From Parcubacteria group bacterium (GTDB taxonomy: Bacteria; Patescibacteriota; Minisyncoccia; Phycocordibacterales; UBA2100), in assembly GCA_943358385.1 (NCBI GenBank), contig CALRGX010000001.1:2380-66379 (forward strand): DNA of 64,000 nt, written 5' to 3'. Position 1 is the first letter of the stretch; every line of letters begins with the position of its first letter. Under the pieces are notes generated by a model. It was not told the DNA's origin. It ran no database searches and saw only the letters and a program-made list of their open reading frames with translations. Shown one piece after another: positions 27,471 to 37,356 of this stretch. The position numbers were made by a program, and so were the translations under genes.

Positions 27471-28034
27471 ATGAAAATAGGTATTATGGGGGAAAAAGGG
27501 AGTTTTAGTGAGCAGGCTGCACGTGTGTATTGTTCAGAAAACCCTTTGTTTAATTGGGAAATTGACTATTTGGTGAATGCAGAGCGCGTCCTCACTGCTG
27601 TGGAGGAAGGTCAGACAGATCGCGGTATTTTTCCCATAGAAAACAGCAATGGTGGTATTGTCATTGAGGCAGTGCATGCGATGGCGAAGCACAATTTTGA
27701 GATTGAGAAAATGTTTGAAATCGAAGTAAAACACAATCTTTTAGTGTTGCCAGGGACCAAGGCCAGTGACATCACGGCTATCACATCTCACGATCAAGCC
27801 ATAAAACAGTGCCGCATGTACCTGAAGCGCGTGTGGCCACAGGTAGATATTCAAGTGTATGCTGATACAGCTCTGGCAGCAAAAGACATAAAAAATGGCG
27901 TTCTTCCCCCTACGGCAGCAGCGGTTGCGTCAAAAGGAGCGGCGGAATTGTACGGGTTAGAGATTCTTGAGGAAGGTATCCAGGACCTAAAGTTCAACTA
28001 CACCACATTTATCGTTGCGAAAAAGAGAGCCTAG
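27471..28034 (+). CDS. Prephenate dehydratase catalytic domain, no ACT domain
   Basis: GEKGSFSE, PIENSNGG, SHDQAIKQC, DTALAA, IQDLKFNYTTF. Confidence 0.82.
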   Translation: MKIGIMGEKGSFSEQAARVYCSENPLFNWEIDYLVNAERVLTAVEEGQTDRGIFPIENSNGGIVIEAVHAMAKHNFEIEKMFEIEVKHNLLVLPGTKASDITAITSHDQAIKQCRMYLKRVWPQVDIQVYADTALAAKDIKNGVLPPTAAAVASKGAAELYGLEILEEGIQDLKFNYTTFIVAKKRA

Positions 28035-28339
28035 TTGATGCTCTCGATGATGGGGGTGGTGCTCGATATGGCTGTTTCTTCCATCCGTATTGTTGAGGTT
28101 GATTCAGAAAGAGCGACCCATTCGAGGGGTTGTTCAAGCGCCGCTGCCGAAGGAGTCGCGTCTACTGCCTGTAGTGCCGCTGCGGGGAGCGCATCGGCGA
28201 CTTCAAGTGGACTCGAGGCTTGTACACCTACAAACAACAGCAAAGCCGCCACACCAAGACCAGCGAGTGCTCGCAGTTCAGCTGTTTGGAGGATAGGTTG
28301 TTCGCACAGGTCATCGCCACTCATTTCTGTAGGATTCAT
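28031..28339 (-). CDS. Hypothetical single-TM protein
   Basis: Start at MNPTEM after a TGnTATCCT -10 box; one hydrophobic helix. Confidence 0.6.
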   Translation of the reverse strand: MNPTEMSGDDLCEQPILQTAELRALAGLGVAALLLFVGVQASSPLEVADALPAAALQAVDATPSAAALEQPLEWVALSESTSTIRMEETAISSTTPIIESIN

Positions 28340-28427
28340 GTTATGAGGATACCATGTGCACGCTCTTATGGTGTATGTGTACAAAAGAAAAACCGGCTGA
28401 CGCCGGTTTTTCTTTTTAGAGAAGAAT

Positions 28428-29957
28428 CTATCGTGCGAACTCAATAACCCTGTTCTCTCGAATCACGTGCACTTTGATTTCACCTGGGTACTGCATTTCG
28501 CTTTCAATATCCAGAGCGATAGCACGAGCCATGTCGCGAGCTTCAAGGTCTGAGATCTCTTCGGGGCGCACAAAGACGCGTACTTCGCGTCCTGCCTGGA
28601 TTGCGTAGACTTTCTCGATACCTTTTTGGCGTTTGGCGATTGCTTCAAGATCTTCAAGACGTTTTATGTACTGTTCTACTGAATCGCGACGTGCACCGGG
28701 GCGTGCACCTGAAAGTGCGTCCGCCACCTGTACAATCATGCTCTCTGGAGTCTCGTACGGGTATTCTTCGTGGTGGGCCTGCATGGCGAGGATCACGCGC
28801 TCGTCGACATTGAATTTTTGGAGAATGCGGCGACCAATTTCAACGTGTGTTCCCGGAACTTCATGGTCGACTGCCTTACCGATATCGTGGAAGAGTGCCC
28901 CCGCGCGAGCGATGGCAACATTTGCACCCAATTCTTCGGCAAGAATAGCTGCGACATGGCTCATTTCCACCGAGTGCGCGAGCACATTTTGGCCGTAACT
29001 GGTGCGGAAGTAGAGGCGGCCAAGGATTTGCACCAACTTAGGATCAAGGTTGGTCACACGTGCTTCAAATGCCGCCTCTTCGCCTTTTTTCTTCATAATC
29101 TGGCTGATTTCCTCGTGCGCCTTCTGTACTACTTCTTCAATGCGCGCTGGCTGGATGCGGCCATCCATGATGAGGTTTTCAAGAGCTACACGCGCTACCT
29201 GGCGACGTGCGGGGTCGAATGAGGAAAGGGTAATGGTGCCCGGTGTGTCGTCTACGATAACATCAACACCTGTTGCGCGCTCAAAGGCGCGGATGTTGCG
29301 GCCCTCCTTGCCGATAATCTTTCCTTTGATCTCTTCATTCGGAAGTTGCACCGTCGTCGACAGTATGTCTGCGGTCATTGAGTTTCCGATGCGATGCACG
29401 GCAGTCACCAAAATATCGCGGGCTTTTGCCTCGAGTTTCTCTCGTCCTGCCAGTTCCATCTTGTGAATACGAGAGAGAAGGTCTTCTTCATACTGCTTCT
29501 CGATGGTCTTCATCAGCTCGAGTTTTGCCTCTTCTTTATCAAGCTGCGCTACTTTTTCGAGCTCGAGAGAGCGCTGCGCTGCCATACCATCGACACGCTC
29601 CTTAAGTTTTTTCACCTCCTCAATCTTGGTCCTCAGTTCAGTCTGCTCACCGTCCAGATTCTGTTGGCGTTTGTCCAACAGTTTTTCACGGTCAATTAAA
29701 CGTTCTTCGGTTTTTTTGAGGTCGCGCTCTTTTTCTTTTCGCTCAACCTCTGCTTTTTCTGTGCGCTCCTTGGCCTCAGTTTCAGCCTTTTCAGTGACGC
29801 GCTGCGCCTCTTCCTGGGCTTCGAGTCGCATCTGCTTGATCTCGAGCTCCATTGAGCCGCGTTTCCCCAGGCTAATAATCCATCGCAGGAAGTACCCAAA
29901 TGCAATACCAATAACCCCTGAAAGGGCGACGAGCATAAGAACAACTTTTAATGACAT
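28428..29957 (-). CDS. rny: Ribonuclease Y
   Basis: N-terminal TM, coiled coil, KH (IIGKEGRNI), HD (HDIGK), YAIQAGRE. Confidence 0.96.
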   Translation of the reverse strand: MSLKVVLMLVALSGVIGIAFGYFLRWIISLGKRGSMELEIKQMRLEAQEEAQRVTEKAETEAKERTEKAEVERKEKERDLKKTEERLIDREKLLDKRQQNLDGEQTELRTKIEEVKKLKERVDGMAAQRSLELEKVAQLDKEEAKLELMKTIEKQYEEDLLSRIHKMELAGREKLEAKARDILVTAVHRIGNSMTADILSTTVQLPNEEIKGKIIGKEGRNIRAFERATGVDVIVDDTPGTITLSSFDPARRQVARVALENLIMDGRIQPARIEEVVQKAHEEISQIMKKKGEEAAFEARVTNLDPKLVQILGRLYFRTSYGQNVLAHSVEMSHVAAILAEELGANVAIARAGALFHDIGKAVDHEVPGTHVEIGRRILQKFNVDERVILAMQAHHEEYPYETPESMIVQVADALSGARPGARRDSVEQYIKRLEDLEAIAKRQKGIEKVYAIQAGREVRVFVRPEEISDLEARDMARAIALDIESEMQYPGEIKVHVIRENRVIEFAR

Positions 29958-30116
29958 ACGCCTTTAGGCGCACGACAAGACTACGGTTTACACGCTATTG
30001 TACGAGGGAAACTGATGATTTGCTGTATAAACGTCATATTCTGGGCGCACGCAATATTACTTAATTTTTAGATAACTGTGGGTTCAGTATACCGCAGCGT
30101 TTTTGGAAAGCCAACA

Positions 30117-30151
30117 AAAGCACACCGCAGGCAAGGCCTGCGGTGTGCTTT
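30117..30151. terminator. Terminator hairpin after clpP
   Basis: AAAGCACACCGCAGGC-AA-GGCCTGCGGTGTGCTTT. Confidence 0.7.
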
Positions 30152-30166
30152 TGGTTTTAAGAGCTT

Positions 30167-30775
30167 CTACTTCAGTACCTTGTCGACAATGCCGTATTTT
30201 ACTGCCTCGTCTGCCTCCATGAAGAAATCACGGTCGATGTCCCCTTGAATCTTTTTGAGAGGCTGTCCAGTGTTTTTAGCGAGCATTTGAGCCAATATTT
30301 CACGCATACGGATGATGCGGCGCGCGCTAATTTCGATATCAGATGCCTGGCCCTGGGCGCCACCATGCGGCTGGTGGATCATCACTTCTGCATGGGGGAG
30401 CACAAAACGCTTGCCTTTCGCGCCGCACGAGAGAATCATGGCACCCATGGATGCTGCCATGCCCACACACACGGTCGAAACGTCCGCCTTAATGTGATTC
30501 ATAGTGTCGATGATGGCCATACCGTCGGTCACCACACCGCCTGGCGAGTTGATGTACAGGGAGATATCTTTTTTTGGATCCTCTGAGTCCAGGAAGAGGA
30601 GTTGTGCAATGACGAGGTTGGCCACATGGTCATCAATGGGGCCACCCAAAAAGACGATGCGTTCCTTCAGGAGACGTGAGTAAATATCGTAGGCTCGCTC
30701 TCCCATACCCGTCTTTTCGACGACCATCGGCACCAGCTGCGCTCTTGGTTGTTTGTGTGTGTTGCTGTTTTCCAT
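30167..30775 (-). CDS. clpP: Clp protease proteolytic subunit
   Basis: [25 protein letters not shown]. Confidence 0.97.
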   Translation of the reverse strand: MENSNTHKQPRAQLVPMVVEKTGMGERAYDIYSRLLKERIVFLGGPIDDHVANLVIAQLLFLDSEDPKKDISLYINSPGGVVTDGMAIIDTMNHIKADVSTVCVGMAASMGAMILSCGAKGKRFVLPHAEVMIHQPHGGAQGQASDIEISARRIIRMREILAQMLAKNTGQPLKKIQGDIDRDFFMEADEAVKYGIVDKVLK

Positions 30776-30900
30776 GGAGAGAGCGTAACACAGGCACCGA
30801 GTGGGTGCTACCCAGACTCCCTTTCGAAAAAGCACTTGTGCTATGTGATACCAAAATGAACGACCTCGTGGGTCGTTCATTTACAAGGAATCTAGAAATA

Positions 30901-31986
30901 CTACTTCTGCTCTTCGAGCCACTTCAACACCGCTTCGTTTCTGAGCATGTGCTCGAAATAGGCACGCACGTTGTGCTCTTGGGCATCTTTGTGGTGCTTC
31001 ATAGTGTGCGTCACGTGCGCGGTCACTTCATCGGGGTTTGCTTTGATACCCTCCTTCATGGCGATGTCACCCAAAATGAGCTGCACTTTTGCTCGCTTTT
31101 CAGCCGGCTCGTGCCATTCCTGGTGGAGTTCGTCGTGTGTTTTCTTAATATTCTTCAGGTAGTCAGCAAGGTTGGTACCGGCACGTGCCAAATCATCGGC
31201 AAACTGTGCTTCCATCTTGTCGATTTCGTGATAGATGAGCGAGTGGGGAACACCCAGTGTGGTCTTGGCGAGAATCGCATCGATGATAGAGATGCGCACT
31301 TTGTCCTTCTCTTGCGCTTCCTTATCGGTCTTTATGTTGCCCTGCAATTTCTCAGTAAACTTTTCTGCGCTTTCATAGCCTAATCCTTTTACAAACTCAT
31401 CGTCAATTGGCGGCAAATCTTTCTCTTCCAATTCTTTAATCTTTTCTGCAGCATCCTCTGGTTTTTCACCTTTTTCAATAAATTCTATCTTTGCGCGCTC
31501 TTTGCGTAGGTACAAAAGCACGTCCTGCAGTTCTTTTTCGGTTACCTCGACCGTCGTGCGCTTGGCGTTCTCTCTTGCGGCGAGCGCTTTGTAATCGGGC
31601 AGCTCAATAGTTGGCAACACTTCCACAGTGACGGTGAACCCAAGCGGATTGCCTGGAGCGAGTTTCGTCACGCTCACTTTGGGTGTCGAGATTCCGGGCA
31701 CGCGTTCTGCGGCCAAAAGAAGAGGTAGCTCTTCCTGGATCGCAACGTCAGCAGTTTCCTGCAGAATAGTGCCTTCGCCCAGGTTCTTCAGAATGATTGC
31801 CTCAGGCACGTGGCCTTTGCGAAAGCCGTCCATGGAGGCGTCCTTCTGGAGTCGACGCAGGGCTTTTGCGCGATATTTTTCCACCTCGCTCCATGGCAAT
31901 TCCGCCTTGATTTCCAGTGTTGCGTGTGGTTTGTCCTCGGTCTTGGAGACCGCGGTGCAGTGGTGTTTTATTTCTTGTTCGGTCAT
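30901..31986 (-). CDS. tig: Trigger factor, PPIase domain apparently absent
   Basis: GFRKGHVP ribosome-binding loop; short link to the DDEF C-domain. Confidence 0.9.
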   Translation of the reverse strand: MTEQEIKHHCTAVSKTEDKPHATLEIKAELPWSEVEKYRAKALRRLQKDASMDGFRKGHVPEAIILKNLGEGTILQETADVAIQEELPLLLAAERVPGISTPKVSVTKLAPGNPLGFTVTVEVLPTIELPDYKALAARENAKRTTVEVTEKELQDVLLYLRKERAKIEFIEKGEKPEDAAEKIKELEEKDLPPIDDEFVKGLGYESAEKFTEKLQGNIKTDKEAQEKDKVRISIIDAILAKTTLGVPHSLIYHEIDKMEAQFADDLARAGTNLADYLKNIKKTHDELHQEWHEPAEKRAKVQLILGDIAMKEGIKANPDEVTAHVTHTMKHHKDAQEHNVRAYFEHMLRNEAVLKWLEEQK

Positions 31987-32062
31987 ACAAGAGTGGAGCA
32001 TATCAACAAAAAGAGCGCCCGCCAAATGGCGGGCGCTCTTTTTACCAGGTCACTGGGAGTGC

Positions 32063-32425
32063 CTAATAATTCTCAATTGCTTGCAAATCAGCGTCGATAC
32101 TTGCCTCCAGCTGCTGCATGTATGCATCATCCGCATCCTTTTCTATTGCCGCAGGCTCGTCCGAGGTGGAGAGGGCTGCGTTGTCTTGCACGGGAGCTGC
32201 CTGTACCTGCTGCTCATCGCCCAGAATCATAGGCAATGTTTCAGGTGTCTGTTCTTTTTCTATTTGCATACCCCAGAAGTACAAACCTCCGAAGATAAGC
32301 AACGCAATGATAATCACTGCTCCCACGATAGGGCCAATCCCACCCTTAGCCTCAGGTGCAATGGTGTGCACTGGCTGCTGCGCAGTGTCGATTGGTGTGG
32401 TATTTGGTGTTTGGTTAGGTTCCAT
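32063..32425 (-). CDS. Hypothetical single-TM acidic protein
   Basis: GPIVGAVIIIALLIFGGLYFW helix; TATAAT 7 nt before the ATG. Confidence 0.75.
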   Translation of the reverse strand: MEPNQTPNTTPIDTAQQPVHTIAPEAKGGIGPIVGAVIIIALLIFGGLYFWGMQIEKEQTPETLPMILGDEQQVQAAPVQDNAALSTSDEPAAIEKDADDAYMQQLEASIDADLQAIENY

Positions 32426-32442
32426 GGCTCGAATTATAACTA

Positions 32443-33333
32443 CTAGTTTTGAGTCTCAGCTGAAGCATCAACAGCGGCACTTGCTGCAGGGCGAGGGATT
32501 GCCTTGAGTGCATCGAGCGCGGCTTTAATCGCAACGTGTGCAGCTTTCACCGCATCACCTGCTGTTTTGGTGGCAGTGCGTACTGTTTCCATCTGTGCGC
32601 GAGGGTCCTCGGCACCCGCTGCTGCATCAATGGCTGCTTGCGCTTCGCTTACCTTAGCTCCTGCAGTATCAATAGCTGTTTGAGCTGCGGTAGCGGCCGT
32701 CTGTGCCGCGGCCGTATCTGCTCCGCCCTCGTTAAGTTTTGTAATGCGGGTGTTGATGCGCAACATAATCTGCGCAAAACGCTCTGTAGCGTTGGTGAGG
32801 CGCGTCATCATGAGTTTCAGGTGCGACACCATCTTCCCACGAGCTTCTTGGCGTAATTCCTTTCTCTGACCTTTGTTTTCTTCAAACAAAGCCTTGCGGT
32901 CTTCCTTCACGTCACCGCGGAACTCTGCGCGTGTGCCTCGGGCTTCCTCCATAATCGCTTTCTTTTCCTCGGGTGTTGTTGCCGCATCGAGTTTGGCTTT
33001 CATCTCTGCATTCATTTCTGCTCGGTCTTCTTTTACCTCTGCGCGGAACTCTTTGCGCTCGCCCATGTTCTCTTCTTTGAGATCCATGCGCTTCTCCTTG
33101 ATGTCCATGCGATCTTCTTTAATTTCTCCACGCATTTCTTTTAGATTCTCTTTCGCCTGCTGCGCTTTCTCTTTCAGCATCTTTCCAGGAGCAGGTCGCG
33201 GCACGGGTGGCTGTGTCGCACCGGTATCTTCCTGTGCAGAGGCAATGGTGATGCTTGCAGCAAACACTCCCACTATCAGGGTGAGTGCAGCTAGCAACTG
33301 CACCGCCTCATGTTTCATGACCTTTGTATTCAT
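32443..33333 (-). CDS. Exported coiled-coil protein with charged repeats
   Basis: Signal peptide; repeated R-x-E/D-I/V-KEDR units; Ala-rich helical C-terminus. Confidence 0.8.
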   Translation of the reverse strand: MNTKVMKHEAVQLLAALTLIVGVFAASITIASAQEDTGATQPPVPRPAPGKMLKEKAQQAKENLKEMRGEIKEDRMDIKEKRMDLKEENMGERKEFRAEVKEDRAEMNAEMKAKLDAATTPEEKKAIMEEARGTRAEFRGDVKEDRKALFEENKGQRKELRQEARGKMVSHLKLMMTRLTNATERFAQIMLRINTRITKLNEGGADTAAAQTAATAAQTAIDTAGAKVSEAQAAIDAAAGAEDPRAQMETVRTATKTAGDAVKAAHVAIKAALDALKAIPRPAASAAVDASAETQN

Positions 33334-33493
33334 ACGTCTCATTCTAGAACTAGTAATTAAAAGCACGAGCACATCCCGAGGTGGCTGTGTCCCTCACAGA
33401 ATAGCATTAAATTTTCATCCACCAGGGAGACGATGTGGGCGGTGCACTCTTACGAATCTATGGTACAAAAATGCTAGAACGAGATAGAAGGAA

Positions 33494-33835
33494 ATGAGTA
33501 TGGCCAGGAAATACATGCATGAAATCCCTCATGCACGGTCCATAAACCCACGAGACTTTGTGCCCAAAACAAAGGCGCAGCTTGCCGAACGACGCCAGGC
33601 GCGAGAGCGGTTGCGCGATGTGCTTGATGGTCATCACGGGCAACTTGCGTTCAAGTTGCAGTCGACACGCAGCCCAGCACGTGCGGTCCTCAGTAACCTC
33701 CTCTTGAATCCGTGGCCATTCGAGCAGTGGGAAGTAGCAACTATCATTCGCCTTTGGGCATGGGAAAACTTTAAAGGGCAGTTGGCTCTTGAACAGTACG
33801 ACCATGGCCACAAACGCATTATCTTCTATTGGTGA
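33494..33835 (+). CDS. Hypothetical protein
   Basis: 113-aa ORF filling the gap; GAAGGA RBS; downstream hairpin. Confidence 0.6.
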   Translation: MSMARKYMHEIPHARSINPRDFVPKTKAQLAERRQARERLRDVLDGHHGQLAFKLQSTRSPARAVLSNLLLNPWPFEQWEVATIIRLWAWENFKGQLALEQYDHGHKRIIFYW

Positions 33836-33944
33836 TGCCTAGGGCAAAAATCTGAAAGCGCGGCCTCTGACCGCGCTTTCTCTATTTGCCGTACAGGGCC
33901 AACACGGTATACTCGCTGCATCACTACTAGTAAGAATAATAGGT

Positions 33945-34475
33945 ATGACCAATTTCAACACTGCATACACCCCTGGGGATTTGGATTCTTTTAAAGTGAA
34001 CACGGTCATTGAGATTCCAGAAAGGTCGATTCTCAAAATTGAGTACAACCGTACGACCTGTGCATTTGAGCTTGACCGAGTCGAGCCGGCCATTTTTGCA
34101 AAACCAGCCAACTACGGCTTTATTCCAGGCACCAAAGACGAAGATGGAGACGAGCTCGACACACTACTGATTACCGCTGAGCCGGTGCCCACAGGAGTGG
34201 TCGTCGAGGCTGCCATTATCGGCGTGCTGAACTTTGAAGACGATGGAGAAAAAGATCACAAAATCATCTGTGTTCCTGCGGACGATCGCGACAGTGGGAA
34301 TCGTATCAAAAGCCTGGATGATCTGGGTGAAATGTGGAAAAACAAGATTGAGTACCATTTCAACACCTATAAAGACCTTAAAAAGCGAGGCACTACGAAG
34401 GTATTGGGGTATGGTGATCGAGAACAGGCAGTTGCCGTGGTTAAAGACTGTATTGCTCGCTTCAAAGGCGAATAA
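33945..34475 (+). CDS. ppa: Inorganic pyrophosphatase, family I
   Basis: IEIP, NYGFIPGT, DGDELD, EKDHKI. Confidence 0.93.
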   Translation: MTNFNTAYTPGDLDSFKVNTVIEIPERSILKIEYNRTTCAFELDRVEPAIFAKPANYGFIPGTKDEDGDELDTLLITAEPVPTGVVVEAAIIGVLNFEDDGEKDHKIICVPADDRDSGNRIKSLDDLGEMWKNKIEYHFNTYKDLKKRGTTKVLGYGDREQAVAVVKDCIARFKGE

Positions 34476-34541
34476 ATGCTGAAAACAAAGGGAAAAAGGC
34501 CGCGCACAAAGTGCGCGGCCTTTTGTATGAAATGTATTTTC

Positions 34542-35747
34542 TTATTCCTCAAGTTTCTCAGCTTCCTGTGCGGCAACGGCGGCAACTTCAGGAGCTACTG
34601 TCGGTGCTTCAATTGGTGTTTGGCCACTTTCATCTGCCAATGATGAGCCACCCATCGAGCGGATGTCGATTTTCCATCCGGTAAGGCGTGCGGCGAGGCG
34701 CACGTTTTGGCCACCACGGCCAATGGCGAGCGACTGTTGGTCTTCGGCAACCTGGGCGGTTGCGCGGCCATCGTCTTCGGAAATGGTCACATCCTGAATC
34801 TCAGCAGGCTTCAATGCTTCACGCACGAACTCTGCCGGGTTCTCGCTCCACTCAACGACGTCAATCTTTTCACCACCAAGTTCCGAGGTAACCACGGCGA
34901 CGCGTACACCACGTTGGCCCACAAGTGCACCTACTGGGTCAATGTGCGAGTCTTTCGAGAAGATCGCAATTTTCGCACGGCTTCCCGGTTCGCGGACTAC
35001 CGCCTTTACTTCCAATGTTCCCTGTGCGAGTTCTGGCACTTCGGTCTCGAAGAGTTTCGTGAGGAAACGCGGGTGCGAGCGCGACAGTTTCAAGAATGAA
35101 CCACGGGCATTTTCGTCTACCTTAAAGAGAAGTGCGCGGATGCGTTCACCTTGGCGGTATCGCTCTCCTGGGATCTGTTCGTCGTAAGGAAGGATAGCAG
35201 TAGCGCGACCGAGGTCGATGAATAGATTACCTCGCTCGAAACGTTGCACGTGGCCAGTCACAATCTCACCTTCGCGCTCGCCGTACTCTGCCATCATTGA
35301 CTCTCGCTCTGCTTCACGAATTTTCTGGAGGATTACCTGCTTTGCGGCTTGTGCAGCAATGCGGCCGAATTCTTCGCGGGTTTCGAGTGGGAAGGTAATT
35401 TCCTCATCGAGCTGGACGTCTTTCTTCATACGACGCGCGTCATCAATCATGATGTGCTGTTCGGGGTTGAAGCGAGAGCGGTGGTCGTCGTCGGCGCGTT
35501 CTGGTTCCTTTTCGATGTCGTACACGAGAGAATCATCTACGACAATTTTTGCCTGTTTAAATTCCATCTCTCCGGTCTGTGGGTTAAACGTACAGCGGAT
35601 GATTTGGCTTTTCTTGCCGTACTCACGGCGATACGCGGTTGCAAGCGCAGTTGCAATTGCTGAAATAACTGAATCGCGAGAAACACCGCGCTCTTCGCGC
35701 AGTTCATCAAGAGCAAGGTTAAGTGCTTTAAGATCGAGCAAGGCCAT
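34542..35747 (-). CDS. nusA: Transcription elongation/termination factor NusA
   Basis: FGRIAAQAAKQ, S1 and KH domains, AIGRGGQNVRLA. Confidence 0.97.
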   Translation of the reverse strand: MALLDLKALNLALDELREERGVSRDSVISAIATALATAYRREYGKKSQIIRCTFNPQTGEMEFKQAKIVVDDSLVYDIEKEPERADDDHRSRFNPEQHIMIDDARRMKKDVQLDEEITFPLETREEFGRIAAQAAKQVILQKIREAERESMMAEYGEREGEIVTGHVQRFERGNLFIDLGRATAILPYDEQIPGERYRQGERIRALLFKVDENARGSFLKLSRSHPRFLTKLFETEVPELAQGTLEVKAVVREPGSRAKIAIFSKDSHIDPVGALVGQRGVRVAVVTSELGGEKIDVVEWSENPAEFVREALKPAEIQDVTISEDDGRATAQVAEDQQSLAIGRGGQNVRLAARLTGWKIDIRSMGGSSLADESGQTPIEAPTVAPEVAAVAAQEAEKLEE

Positions 35748-35789
35748 AACGTACTAATTAATTTGATAGTTATATAAAGGGGAACCAAT

Positions 35790-35866
35790 CTATCGCCATA
35801 AACAGAGAAAGTCCGGCGCGTGCCGGACTGACATACATTGCTGTATTCAGCGATAGGTGCATTATA
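35790..35866 (-). promoter_or_regulatory. nusA promoter and structured leader (candidate attenuator)
   Basis: TATAAT at 35861-35866; hairpin AGTCCGGC-ACGC-GCCGGACT followed by TTCTCTGTTT, nested in a CTATCGC/GCGATAG stem. Confidence 0.6.
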
Positions 35867-35890
35867 GCGCGTTTGCAGGAAAAATGCAAC

Positions 35891-35930
35891 CCCCACATAT
35901 TAGGCCGCAGTGCGGCTAAGGTGTGTGGGC
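35891..35930. repeat. Palindromic repeat, copy 2
   Basis: CCCCACATATTAGGCCGCAGTGCGGCTAAGGTGTGTGGGC. Confidence 0.8.
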
Positions 35931-36023
35931 CAGCATATCGCCAAAAAGGCTCAGACATGCAGGCATTTCTGCATCACTGCTTGTTCACCGCGAATATTTC
36001 AACGTCCGTGCTACGATTTCTCG

Positions 36024-37262
36024 ATGCATATAATCAATTCACCTGCGTGCGGAGCATGCCAGATACGGCTTCTTGATGTTGCCCAAGGATTAGAACTTTC
36101 AACCAAAGAACGAGCGATTTTGGAACACGCGCAGCGCGTCGTCACGACCACTATGCCGGTCAGCATGGACGATGGCTCCACACGCGTTTTCACTGGACTA
36201 CGTGTTCAATACAATGACGCACTGGGCCCGACCAAGGGTGGGCTGCGCTATCACTCCGAGGTAGATGCGGGAGAGGTACAAGAGCTGGCTTTTTTGATGA
36301 TGCTTAAGAATTCTCTGGCTGGTTTACCGTATGGTGGCGGCAAAGGAGGTATCACCTGCGACCCTAAAAAACTCAGCACCACGGAGCTCGAGCGTCTCAC
36401 GCGCAGTTTTGTACGGGCACTGGGTACCACTGTGGGGCCGGAAACAGATATTCCTGCTCCCGACGTGAATACCGGCGCTCAGACCATGGATTGGTTTGTG
36501 GATGAATACGAAAAGATGGTGGGTCATCCGGCGCGAGCAGTCGTTACCGGAAAATCTGTGTCGGAAGGAGGTTCTTTGGGTCGCGATAGTGCTACGGGGC
36601 GCGGAGGCGTCTATCTATTGGAGAAATATGCACAGGAGCAAGGATGGAGCCCCAAAGAAACCACCATTGCCATACAGGGATTTGGGAATGTAGGGGGCTG
36701 GTTTGCACGTTTGGCCGTCGAGCTAGGGTTCACGGTGGTTGCGGTATCAGGAAGCAAGGGGGGAGTATATGCACCCGAAGGTCTGGCGAAAGCAGCACTG
36801 GAAACGGCGCTTACGTCAAAAACATTTCCGGCAGGTAAGGAAATAACAAACGAAGAGCTTTTGGCGCTTCCGGTGCGTGTGTTGGTGCCGTCGGCGCTTG
36901 CGCACCAAATCCATAAATACAACGCCTCAACGGTACAGGCCGAACTGGTGATTGAGATGGCCAATGCTCCTATTACGGTGGGTGCTGATGACATTCTTGC
37001 ACAAGAAAAGGTTGTGGTGATTCCGGATATTTTGGCAAATGGTGGTGGGGTGACCGTGAGCTACTTCGAATGGGTGCAAAATCGCGCGCAAGAATCGTGG
37101 GAGGAGAACAAGGTAAACGAGTTGCTGAAAAAAAGCATGCTCGATGCATATGAACGCGTATCAGTGAGGAGAAAAAAAGTGGGGAATACATTGCGCCAGG
37201 CGGCGTACCACGAATCTATTGAGCGCATTCTCAACGCAGAACGCGCACGTGGACGCGTGTAG
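36024..37262 (+). CDS. gdhA: Glu/Leu/Phe/Val dehydrogenase (glutamate dehydrogenase)
   Basis: GPTKGGLRY, GGGKGG, DIPAPDVNT, QGFGNVG, GGVTVSYFEW. Confidence 0.92.
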   Translation: MHIINSPACGACQIRLLDVAQGLELSTKERAILEHAQRVVTTTMPVSMDDGSTRVFTGLRVQYNDALGPTKGGLRYHSEVDAGEVQELAFLMMLKNSLAGLPYGGGKGGITCDPKKLSTTELERLTRSFVRALGTTVGPETDIPAPDVNTGAQTMDWFVDEYEKMVGHPARAVVTGKSVSEGGSLGRDSATGRGGVYLLEKYAQEQGWSPKETTIAIQGFGNVGGWFARLAVELGFTVVAVSGSKGGVYAPEGLAKAALETALTSKTFPAGKEITNEELLALPVRVLVPSALAHQIHKYNASTVQAELVIEMANAPITVGADDILAQEKVVVIPDILANGGGVTVSYFEWVQNRAQESWEENKVNELLKKSMLDAYERVSVRRKKVGNTLRQAAYHESIERILNAERARGRV

Positions 37263-37356
37263 ACGAAAACACTTGCTATAATCGATGTGCGCATGACGCA
37301 TGTCTTTGTAGACATGGGTACTTCTTTTGTTTGTGTTTGATGTCCGAGACTCCGCT

